Shown here piece after piece: positions 51,919 through 60,743 of a DNA stretch of 64,000 bases. The position numbers were made by a program, and so were the translations under genes. The DNA is taken from positions 2,287 through 66,286 of the forward strand of contig JALEQJ010000024.1 of assembly GCA_022764505.1 (NCBI GenBank), given 5' to 3'. The notes beneath the pieces are model-generated. The model was given only the letters and a program-made list of their open reading frames with translations. It was not told the origin of the DNA and did not search any database. Every line of letters begins with the position of its first letter. Position 1 is the first letter of the stretch. Source of the DNA: Phocaeicola sp. (GTDB lineage Bacteria > Bacteroidota > Bacteroidia > Bacteroidales > Bacteroidaceae).

Positions 51919-53753
51919 TGAATTTGACACCCTCAACACATACAGTTCTTTATGCTGCTCTCAAAAAGTACTTTGGCTATAGTTCGTTTCGGGCATATCA
52001 GGAAGAGATAATAGATGCAGTGTTATCGGGGAGAGATGTATTGGTCTTGATGCCTACAGGAGGCGGTAAGTCTATCTGTTATCAATTGCCTGCTCTACTT
52101 TTACCGGGTATCACTATCGTAGTATCCCCTCTTATTTCTCTGATGAAAGACCAAGTAGAAGCTTTGAGAGCCAATGGTATTCCTGCTGCATCTCTCAACA
52201 GTATGAACGATGATACTACGAATGCACAAATAAAACGTGCCTGTATTGCCGGAAAAATCAAGTTATTGTACATCTCTCCGGAAAAACTCATCTCCGAAAT
52301 TCATTTCTTATTGAGAGATTTAGAGATATCCTTATTTGCTATAGACGAAGCGCATTGTATTTCTCAGTGGGGTCATGATTTTCGCCCGGAATATGCTACT
52401 CTCCATATCTTACGGCAAGAATTTCCTACAGTGCCAATCATAGCCCTTACTGCTACAGCAGACAAAATCACAAGAGAAGACATTCTGAAACTCTTGGCTT
52501 TGCAACAGCCCCTTTTGTTTATTTCTTCTTTTGACCGTCCTAATTTAAGTTTGCAAGTAAAACGTGGCTATCGGCAAAAAGAAAAGATACAGGCGATTTT
52601 ACATTTCATAGGTTCCAGAAGAAATCAAAGCGGGATTATTTATTGTATGAGTAGAAATGGTACAGAGAAAGTAGCTACCTTACTTGCTAAGCAAGGGATT
52701 AGGGTAGGGGTGTATCATGCCGGGCTTTCTCCTCAGCAACGAGACCTTGTGCAAGAAGAGTTTATCACAGATAGGACACAGATTATTTGTGCTACAATTG
52801 CTTTTGGTATGGGTATAGATAAGTCTAATGTTCGCTGGGTGATTCACTACAATTTACCTAAAAGTTTAGAGAATTATTATCAAGAAATTGGTCGGGCAGG
52901 AAGAGACGGAATGGCAGGAGATACACTTTTATTTTATTCTTTGAGTGATTTGGTTATGCTGTCTAAGATGAATGAAGAGAGTAAGCAGAGAAATATCAAT
53001 GATGAGAAGCTCAGAAGAATGCAACAATATGCAGAAGCAGATATTTGTAGAAGGCGTATCCTGTTATCTTACTTTGGAGAAGCTGTAGAAAAGGATTGTG
53101 GGAATTGCGATGTATGTAAGCACCCGCCTCAAAGATTTGATGGTACAATCATTGTACAGAAAGCACTTAGTGCTATGGTGCGTGCAGAGGAAAAAATAGG
53201 TGCTACACTTACGATAGATATTCTGAAGGGCTATTTATCTCCGGAGGTGAGAGAAAGACAGTACCAGATGCTTAAAACTTTTGGAGTGGGCAGATAAATT
53301 CCTGCACATCATTGGAGGGATTACTTAATGCAAATGATCCATTTGGGCTATGTGGAAATAGTGTACAACGAGGGTAGCAGATTACAAGTAACGGAGGCAG
53401 GCAGACGTGTCTTGTATGGAAAAGAAAAGGCACAATTAGTAGTGATAATGGAAGAAATGAAGGCAGTAAAAACTGTTACTGCACGCACTCCAAAAGTAAC
53501 TCCGGTATTTTCCAAGAATGACAAGAGTGATGAAGCTTTGTTTGAGGTGTTGCGAGTACTTCGGAAACAGTTGGCAGATCAGTATGGACTGCGTCCCTAT
53601 ATAGTGATGAGTGATAAAACGCTTCAGCTCATTGCGCAAGAGCGACCACAAAGCATTGAGGCTTTCGGAGAAATTAGTGGAGTGGCATCTTATAAGCAAG
53701 CCAAGTATGGCAAAGAATTCATTTCTACGATTAAGAAGTTCATAGAAGAGTAG
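51918..53753 (+). pseudogene. recQ: DNA helicase RecQ interrupted by one in-frame TAA at 53295-53297
   Basis: [31 protein letters not shown] and Zn-binding CRR...CGNCD.C. After the TAA the same frame continues IPAHHWRDYLMQMIHLGY into an HRDC domain (LFE.LR.LRKQLA). Confidence 0.85.
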
Positions 53754-53771
53754 AAAGTAGCGTAGAAAAAG

Positions 53772-53812
53772 AAGAAAGGCTATGTCTTACAAAATAAGAC
53801 ATAGCCTTTCTT
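53772..53812. terminator. Bidirectional terminator between recQ and tsf
   Basis: Perfect 18-bp stem AAGAAAGGCTATGTCTTA/TAAGACATAGCCTTTCTT. Confidence 0.9.
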
Positions 53813-53833
53813 TATAGTAATATATATTACGTA

Positions 53834-54658
53834 TTATTCTGCTCTCAAAGTGAAACGGCGGAATGCTACTACAGTAAGACCTGCTTGTGCAGCTTTGAGT
53901 ACTTCTGCTACTGTTTTCTTTGGATCCATAATGCTTTCTTGTTTCAGCAAGCAAGCTTCTTGGTAGAACTTAGTGATACGTCCTTCTGCGATGCGTTCCA
54001 AGAGGTTTTCCGGTTTACCTTCTTGACGAGCCTTTTCTATAGCGATTTCACGTTCAGTAGCTAAGATATTAGCAGGAACATCTGCTTCTGTGAGTGCTAT
54101 AGGAGCCATAGCTGCTATTTGCATACAAACTTCGTGTGCTACTTTTTCTTCACATTTTTCGTTGAATGCAGCGATAGTACAGAGCTGGTTCTTTCCTTGG
54201 TGGTTGTAGATAGCAGTATATGCGCCTTCTACGAACAAGTAACCGTCCAATTCCAATTTTTCTCCAGTTACACCACTACGTTCCATAACAGCTTGTTCTA
54301 TAGTAGTGTCTCCCATTTTGAGAGCTTTCACTTCTTCTATAGATTGGCACTTGTTTGCCATAGCAAGATCCAAGATTTCGTTTGTCAAAGCGATGAAATC
54401 TGCATTCTTAGCAACCGGTTCTGTTTCGCATTTCAAAGCGATCATAGCCGCATAAGTACCTGTAGATTTTGCCAAAACACAACCTTCGGAAGTTTCGCGG
54501 TCAGAGCGTTTTGCTGCGATAGCCAAACCTCTTTCGCGTACCAATTTTACAGCTTTATCGAAATCTCCTTCTGCTTCTTCCAATGCCTTCTTACAATCGG
54601 ACATACCTGCGCTGGTCAAAGCACGGAGTTTTTTAATATCTTCTAATGATACTTTCAT
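53834..54658 (-). CDS. tsf: Elongation factor Ts
   Basis: LR..T.AGM.DCKKAL.EA.GD and KCET..VAKN motifs. Confidence 0.97.
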   Translation of the reverse strand: MKVSLEDIKKLRALTSAGMSDCKKALEEAEGDFDKAVKLVRERGLAIAAKRSDRETSEGCVLAKSTGTYAAMIALKCETEPVAKNADFIALTNEILDLAMANKCQSIEEVKALKMGDTTIEQAVMERSGVTGEKLELDGYLFVEGAYTAIYNHQGKNQLCTIAAFNEKCEEKVAHEVCMQIAAMAPIALTEADVPANILATEREIAIEKARQEGKPENLLERIAEGRITKFYQEACLLKQESIMDPKKTVAEVLKAAQAGLTVVAFRRFTLRAE

Positions 54659-54801
54659 AATTTTGATGATTTTGAGAGTTTATGTTTCTGTTTAATGCAA
54701 AAACTGAGAATTGGCAATGGGGGAGAGGAGCTGGCTCAAAGTATAATGATGAGTACGTCTCCTATCGTCTTAAATTACCAATTCCCAGTAGGAGTAAGTT
54801 C

Positions 54802-55638
54802 TTACTCGTCGTCTTTGCCTACAAATTCTGCAGCTTTAGCAGCGTTGATTGCTTCTTCTTCAGACTTGCTGATGCGTGAGCGACCACCTTTTTTCTTTGT
54901 GCTTTTTGCTGTAGCTTCGTTTGTAGTTTCTGCAGCGTCTACTTTTTCTATCTTTCTTTCTTCCAAGCCTTCTGCGATAGCTGCACAGCAAGCATCTAAG
55001 ATTACTTCAATAGATTTTGTAGCGTCGTCATTTGCTGGTACTACGAAGTCTATATCCGAAGGATCAGAGTTTGTATCTACGATAGCAAATACAGGTATTC
55101 CCAAACGGTTTGCTTCACGTACTGCGATGTGTTCTTTCATCACGTCTATTACGAAAAGTGCTGAAGGAAGACGATTCAAATCTGAGATTGAACCCAAGTT
55201 CTTTTCCAATTTCGCGCGTTGGCGAGAGATTTGGAGTATTTCTCTTTTTGAAAGATTTGAATAAGTACCATCGTTTGTGAGCTTGTCTATGGTAGTCATC
55301 TTCTTCACTGCTTTACGGATAGTTGGGAAGTTGGTAAGCATACCACCTGGCCAGCGTTCTATTACGTAAGGCATATTTACGCTTGTAGCTTTTTCTGCTA
55401 CGACTTCTTTTGCTTGTTTCTTAGTAGCAACGAAGAGGATTTTCTTTCCTTCTTTTGCCAATTTTTTCAAAGCTTCCGCAGCTTCGTCTACTTTTGCAAC
55501 TGTCTTATTCAAATCTATGATATGAATACCGTTGCGCTCCATAAAAATATAAGGAGCCATTGCAGGATTCCACTTTCTTTTTAAGTGACCGAAGTGGCAA
55601 CCTGCTTCCAATAATGTATCAAAAGTTACTCTTGACAT
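54802..55638 (-). CDS. rpsB: 30S ribosomal protein S2
   Basis: EAGCHFGH..RKWNP.M, RWPGGMLTNF and DTNSDP motifs. Confidence 0.98.
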   Translation of the reverse strand: MSRVTFDTLLEAGCHFGHLKRKWNPAMAPYIFMERNGIHIIDLNKTVAKVDEAAEALKKLAKEGKKILFVATKKQAKEVVAEKATSVNMPYVIERWPGGMLTNFPTIRKAVKKMTTIDKLTNDGTYSNLSKREILQISRQRAKLEKNLGSISDLNRLPSALFVIDVMKEHIAVREANRLGIPVFAIVDTNSDPSDIDFVVPANDDATKSIEVILDACCAAIAEGLEERKIEKVDAAETTNEATAKSTKKKGGRSRISKSEEEAINAAKAAEFVGKDDE

Positions 55639-55852
55639 ATTCTTTTGTTTTAATCGTTTACTTTCTTTTTTGTTTTTAATTGAACCAACTGTCGGGTAGT
55701 CTCTTCATATATTCGCATATGGAGGAAAGTCCCGGCGGTTTAGATGCTAAACGTTTGGATTAAGATTCAAGTTTGTTTATGTGCTTCTTTTATGAATGTA
55801 TGTCCGACATAGAGAAGCCATCATAATGTAAACCCAAATGCTTAATAGGGCA
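55639..55852 (-). promoter_or_regulatory. Long rpsI-rpsB spacer, probable S2 autoregulatory leader
   Basis: 214-nt spacer within the operon; GC-rich pairing potential CGGG...CCCG. rpsB leaders are widespread, but no covariance model was run. Confidence 0.45.
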
Positions 55853-56239
55853 TTAACGTTTACTGAACTGGAATCTTCTGCGTGCTTTAGGACGACCTGG
55901 TTTCTTACGTTCTACAGAACGTGAGTCACGAGTCATAAATCCTTCGCTACGCAAAGCTTTCTTATCTTCCGGATTGATTTTCACCAATGCACGAGCTATA
56001 GCTAATCTCAAGGCTTGAGATTGACCGGTGAAACCACCACCATATAAGTTTGCTTTAATATCGTATTTTTCTACAGCGTCTACAGTGTTAAGAGGCTGCT
56101 TTACTACATACTGAAGAATAGTAGAAGGAAAGTACTGAGCAAGGTCTCTCTTGTTGATAGTAATCTTTCCGCTACCTTCTGTAACATATACACGTGCTAC
56201 AGCACGTTTACGTCTACCTAATGCGTTTATGACTTCCAT
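55853..56239 (-). CDS. rpsI: 30S ribosomal protein S9
   Basis: GRRKRAVARV, GGG..GQ..A.R and VERKKPG..KAR..FQFSKR motifs. Confidence 0.98.
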   Translation of the reverse strand: MEVINALGRRKRAVARVYVTEGSGKITINKRDLAQYFPSTILQYVVKQPLNTVDAVEKYDIKANLYGGGFTGQSQALRLAIARALVKINPEDKKALRSEGFMTRDSRSVERKKPGRPKARRRFQFSKR

Positions 56240-56245
56240 TCTCTA

Positions 56246-56707
56246 TTATTTAAGTGTGTTTATATCTACTGATTTTGGAGATTGTGCTGTGTGAGGGTGT
56301 TCTGCACCTTCGTACACATGGAGGTTGCCCAATAATTTTGCACCCAAACGATTCTTGGGGAGCATACCTTTTACCACTTTCTTCATAAGCTTTTCTGCAC
56401 CATTAGGCTTTGCCAATATGCTGGCTGGGGTGTTTTCACGTTGTCCACCAGGATAGCCTGTGTAGTGAAGATAAACCTTTTCGGTCATTTTCTTACCTGT
56501 AAATCTTATTTTTTCTGCGTTGATAACGATGACATTATCGCCACAATCTACGTGAGGGGTAAAGTTTGGTTTATACTTTCCTCTCAACAGCTTCGCAACT
56601 TTTGCGCCAAAACGACCGGCTACTTGGTCGGCAGCGTCCACTACGATCCATTCTTTTTTCGCAGTTTCCTTGTTTGCTGAAATGGTCTTGTAACTTAAAG
56701 TATCCAC
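56246..56707 (-). CDS. rplM: 50S ribosomal protein L13
   Basis: W.VVDA, LRGK.KP.FTPHVDCGD and GMLPKN.LG motifs; GTG start. Confidence 0.98.
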   Translation of the reverse strand: MDTLSYKTISANKETAKKEWIVVDAADQVAGRFGAKVAKLLRGKYKPNFTPHVDCGDNVIVINAEKIRFTGKKMTEKVYLHYTGYPGGQRENTPASILAKPNGAEKLMKKVVKGMLPKNRLGAKLLGNLHVYEGAEHPHTAQSPKSVDINTLK

Positions 56708-57119
56708 TCTTGATTTTCTTTTTAATTATTACTACTAAAAAACAAACATTCTCCACACCCTACCGCATCTCGGACAAATGGGTAAAATGCTTTGAACTAA
56801 TTATTTATATCCTTTTCGGATAATAATCGGCTTGCAAATGTACTGCTTTCATACTAAATAGACAAAGAATTGCTATACCTTTTTCTTCTATCTGCATCTT
56901 TTTCTGCCCTGCATAGGAGGGTTTTGACTATTGAGGAAAGATCTGTTTTCTCAATAATTGTTGTATGTCTCAACTTTTTCTGCGTATTTTCTGATGAGTT
57001 GTTTTCACAAGTTTTTGAAGCTAATTAGCTATATAGATTGTCTATAAACAGGAGGATACTGTAGGTGTTGGTGTCTTGTAAATGATTTTTGTAAGGTTCG
57101 CGGAAGAATGGTATCGCAT

Positions 57120-57392
57120 TTAGAATAGATCAGCGTGGGTGCCTGTGTCAATGAGTTGTAATATGAGTTGATGATCGTCTTGTAACCAAATCAGCAACCA
57201 ATCGGGTTGCAGGTGGCATTCCCAATAGCCATTGTATTTACCGGATAATTTATGTGGGCGATATTCAGCCGGAAGTTTGCCGGATGCCTGCAATAGTCTT
57301 ACTGCTTGCTCAAAGTCTGCAGGGTTTAGTCCTCGTTTAATACATTTTTTAAACGAGCGACGAAAGCGTGTGGTATATATGATTTCGTACAT
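57120..57392 (-). CDS. yafQ: YafQ/RelE-family type II toxin
   Basis: F..S.KK, LP..Y.PHKL.G...G.WECH.QPDWLLIW and TGTHADLF motifs. Confidence 0.9.
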   Translation of the reverse strand: MYEIIYTTRFRRSFKKCIKRGLNPADFEQAVRLLQASGKLPAEYRPHKLSGKYNGYWECHLQPDWLLIWLQDDHQLILQLIDTGTHADLF

Positions 57393-57402
57393 ACCATTGT
57401 CT

Positions 57403-57615
57403 TTATTTCATTAGTTGTGCCATCAAGTCGTCCACGTTCTTTGCCTTGTGTATACGTCCTGCTTTCAGATCTTCTATGGCTTCGTCAAGTCCGTTGCGAT
57501 GTTCTTGTTCTACAGTCCACCCCATACGTTTGGCAAGTTCTTTGAGAAATTTGAGATCTGCCATATTTGAGACTCCTATTCTTACGGTAGGTTTGTCTAT
57601 GGTTGTTGTTTTCAT
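57403..57615 (-). CDS. Cognate antitoxin (small protein, RelB/DinJ-like C-terminus)
   Basis: 70 aa, 10 nt upstream of the toxin; C-terminal EAIEDLKAGRIHKAKNVDDLMAQL resembles the DinJ-type toxin-binding tail. Confidence 0.8.
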   Translation of the reverse strand: MKTTTIDKPTVRIGVSNMADLKFLKELAKRMGWTVEQEHRNGLDEAIEDLKAGRIHKAKNVDDLMAQLMK

Positions 57616-57942
57616 TCTTTTACCTCCTTGATTATACCCTGTTTATAAAAGCAAAGATGAGATTTTCTATAGATAAATACAAGTAATTATACTATTTTTT
57701 CTCTCTGTGAATTAAGTATGGAGAGAGTGTTCATTTAGTTTTGTGTAGAGCTTGTTTAGAGAGATGTATGTCAATCAAGAAATTTTACGAATCTCGTTTA
57801 CTTGTGTGAATGTTATAGAGGTGTGAATTGTCAGGCTGATGGGTTAGTATGGCTATTCGCAATGTTCTTTTTTAATCCTCTTAATATACATCTTTCTTTT
57901 TCTTGAATGCGCAATTGTTTTTATATAAGGAGAGGCATAAAG

Positions 57943-58030
57943 TCTATTCCGTACCGAAGTTTATATGTTTCATATAGGAAGTTTATATAGACTCCCATTG
58001 AAGTTTATATAAACCGTGCTATGGAATAGA
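57943..58030 (+). repeat. Copy D of the 22-bp palindromic-unit intergenic repeat family
   Basis: GAAGTTTATAT exactly at 57956, 57978 and 58000; flanked by imperfect inverted ends TCTATTCCGTA / TATGGAATAGA. Confidence 0.88.
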
Positions 58031-58395
58031 ACCTACTTGGTCTCTTGATGAATTTCTTGCGGGAACGAGCTGTGTCTTCTGTGCGTGTAGTGTAATATCA
58101 CCCTTTTGGCTATTGCCTTGCTATCTATACTTGTACATTTTTGCAGTGTAAATGAATGATAGTAGTGGAAAATAAAATAATAGTAAATATAAAATTTTTA
58201 CTGTTTAATGCTTGTATATAAAATAATGGATATATCTTTGCAATACAAAGTACTGAAATCTGTATCGGAAATAATGATATAAAACTACCATAATATAGGT
58301 TTTACGCATTGTAAAGCAGTTTTCTGACTTAATAGATGCGTGTAAGAAGAAAAAACTTATCCTAAAAGTAAATAACCATTAAATATCAAAACCGT

Positions 58396-60672
58396 ATGAA
58401 GACGTTATTGTTTTTAAGCACTATGATTTGGATGAGTATTTGTGCCAATGCGCAACAAATCTCCGGAAAAGTGCAAGATGAAAAAGAACAACCTATTGAG
58501 TTTGCCAATGTAGCTCTTTATTCCTTACCGGATTCTGTGCTGGTAGGTGGAGGTGTAACCAATGCTGCGGGAGAGTTTTCTCTCCAAAAAGGAAATGAGA
58601 AGGCTTATTACCTGAAAGTTTCTTTTATGGGTTATGCTACGCAAATGGTAGCAGCGGGTAAGCACGCTTTAGTAATGCTGAAACCGGATGCACAGATGAT
58701 GGGAGAGGTCTCTGTAGTAGCCTCAAGACCTTCTTACAAATTGCAAGGAAGTTCTTTGGTAGCACAAGTGAAAAATACTTCCTTGTCCAAGCTGCGCTCG
58801 GCAAACGATGTCTTATCACAGCTGCCTTTCTTATCTTCGGAAGATGGAAAAATCACAGTTTTCGGAAAGGGTACACCTATTATATATATCAACAATAGGT
58901 TGGTAAGAGATAACAAAGAATTGGAACAGCTTTCTCCAGCCAATATCAAGGATATTCAAGTCATTACTTCTCCGGGTGCAGAGTATGATGCAGAGGTAAG
59001 TGCTGTGATTAAAATCGTAACCGTGCGTCCTGTGGGAGAAGGTTGGAGTGGTAAGATGGATTTCTCCATAGATGTTTCGCATTATGCCAGCCTTTATGAG
59101 AACATAGAATTGAACTATAGAAAGAAGGCTTGGGATTTCTTTGGAGAATTTTGGGCAAGTCAAGATCATAATAAGAGCTATACCGCCGCGATCCAAGAAT
59201 TGCAGTATATAGACGGATTAAGGAAACAGAACTATGATGTATATACTGATTATAAAAGAAAAAACTGGACGGGTGTACTGGGAGTCAATTTTAATCCTAA
59301 TCCCAATCATTCTGCGGGTATCAAGTATCAAAGAAGAAGCAATGACACGAATGGAGATGTAAATATTCATATCCTACAGACAGGTAAGAATATAAACGAG
59401 ATAATCCGACAAATTTCTAAAGACGAAGAAAACGGAAGCAAAGATTACTGGAATGCTTATTACAATGGTAGATTCTCTTCCAAACTCTCTATGAAATTCA
59501 ATGCCGATGTTGTTTCCGGTGGTACTACTACGAATCAAAATTCTACACGTAGCAATGCAGACAAATTACATACAAGAAATTTTCAAGATTACAAAGTCTA
59601 TGCAGGAAAGACCGTTTTCTCTTATCAGATAGGTCAAGGTAGGATTTCTGCAGGAGGAGAGTATAGTAAGACCAAAATGGAACAACGATATGACATCAGC
59701 GACCAAAGTTTAGGCATAGACAACGTAGGAAATAAGTCCGACCAAAATCGTGGAGCACTATTTGCAGACTTTGCTACGCAATGGAAGAAATGGGGTGTGG
59801 AAGCAGGTATGAGATACGAAAATATCTCATTGGATTATTATATCAATGGCAAACTCAGCAAGGAACAATCTCGTCAATACAAAGAATTTTTCCCTAATCT
59901 TTCTTTGTCTTATGCCGGAGAGAAGTTTCAAACTTCTTTGAGCTACCGTAAAGGTATCAGTTATCCTTCTTATAGTCTCCTGAGCAGTAATGTGCAGTAT
60001 CTTTCTCCTTTTCTGTATCAGAGTGGAAATCCACAACTGCAACCTATGAAGTTCGATATGTTCACATGGATGTTTACCAAAGGAGGTTTCCAGTTGATGT
60101 CCAGTTTTGTGGCTCGTAAAGATGCCATTACAAATATGATATACTATTTCCAAGATAAACCTATCCTCTTGCAGAAATCAGAGAACGTAAAGCATAATAA
60201 TGTATGGAGTGTCTCTGCTTCTTATAATACGAAGATAGGGTGGTGGTCGCCTCGCTGGGAAGTAGGTTTCCAAGCAAGTCATTGGGACTATCCTATAGAA
60301 CTGAATGTAAAGAATAAACCGTTCTTTGGTTTTTCTTGGAGCAATACTTTTATGTTTCCTCAAGACTGGGTTTTACGCTTCAATGTAAATGGTCGTACTC
60401 GTGGAAGAAATGGATTTATATATGCACACGAACAGATAGGTATGAATCTTTATCTTACCAAATCTTGGGGAAAGAGTTGGACAGCTAATGTTGCCGTGTA
60501 CAATCTCTTTGCTTTGAGACAGAATAAAACAGAAGGGGTTTACGATAAGATTTATTTCTACAATAGCACTAAACAATATATGGAAGGAAATATCTCTATC
60601 ACCTATCGTTTCAATGCTACCGGCAAGAAATATAGAGGACAGCAGGCTACAGATGAACTGAATAGATTATAA
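58396..60672 (+). CDS. TonB-dependent-receptor-like outer membrane beta-barrel protein
   Basis: Signal peptide, carboxypeptidase-regulatory-like N-domain (ISGKVQDE..QPIEFANV), plug-like IK.I.VIT.PGA.YDAE and C-terminal TYRFN..GKKY.G; -7 box at 58233. Confidence 0.85.
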   Translation: MKTLLFLSTMIWMSICANAQQISGKVQDEKEQPIEFANVALYSLPDSVLVGGGVTNAAGEFSLQKGNEKAYYLKVSFMGYATQMVAAGKHALVMLKPDAQMMGEVSVVASRPSYKLQGSSLVAQVKNTSLSKLRSANDVLSQLPFLSSEDGKITVFGKGTPIIYINNRLVRDNKELEQLSPANIKDIQVITSPGAEYDAEVSAVIKIVTVRPVGEGWSGKMDFSIDVSHYASLYENIELNYRKKAWDFFGEFWASQDHNKSYTAAIQELQYIDGLRKQNYDVYTDYKRKNWTGVLGVNFNPNPNHSAGIKYQRRSNDTNGDVNIHILQTGKNINEIIRQISKDEENGSKDYWNAYYNGRFSSKLSMKFNADVVSGGTTTNQNSTRSNADKLHTRNFQDYKVYAGKTVFSYQIGQGRISAGGEYSKTKMEQRYDISDQSLGIDNVGNKSDQNRGALFADFATQWKKWGVEAGMRYENISLDYYINGKLSKEQSRQYKEFFPNLSLSYAGEKFQTSLSYRKGISYPSYSLLSSNVQYLSPFLYQSGNPQLQPMKFDMFTWMFTKGGFQLMSSFVARKDAITNMIYYFQDKPILLQKSENVKHNNVWSVSASYNTKIGWWSPRWEVGFQASHWDYPIELNVKNKPFFGFSWSNTFMFPQDWVLRFNVNGRTRGRNGFIYAHEQIGMNLYLTKSWGKSWTANVAVYNLFALRQNKTEGVYDKIYFYNSTKQYMEGNISITYRFNATGKKYRGQQATDELNRL

Positions 60673-60704
60673 TAGAGAATTGTTAAGCAAAATTTGATTT
60701 AGGA

Positions 60705-60743
60705 AGAAAGAGTACTCCGGTTGTGGGTACTCTTTCTGTTTTT
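60705..60743. terminator. Bidirectional terminator between the OMP gene and menE
   Basis: AGAAAGAGTACTC...GGGTACTCTTTCTGTTTTT. Confidence 0.8.

Noticed and set aside
53295-53297. Genome-wide stop-codon reassignment to explain the recQ TAA
   Set aside because: TAA ends many conserved genes here at their expected positions (rpiB, fba, rplU, guaB) and no other gene shows an internal TAA.
58270-58335. Purine-riboswitch-like words (ATAAT, TTTTAC, GTAAA, GACT) in the OMP leader
   Set aside because: Spacing and P1-P3 pairings do not fit the consensus, and the invariant TTTCTAC and CCGTAAA are absent.
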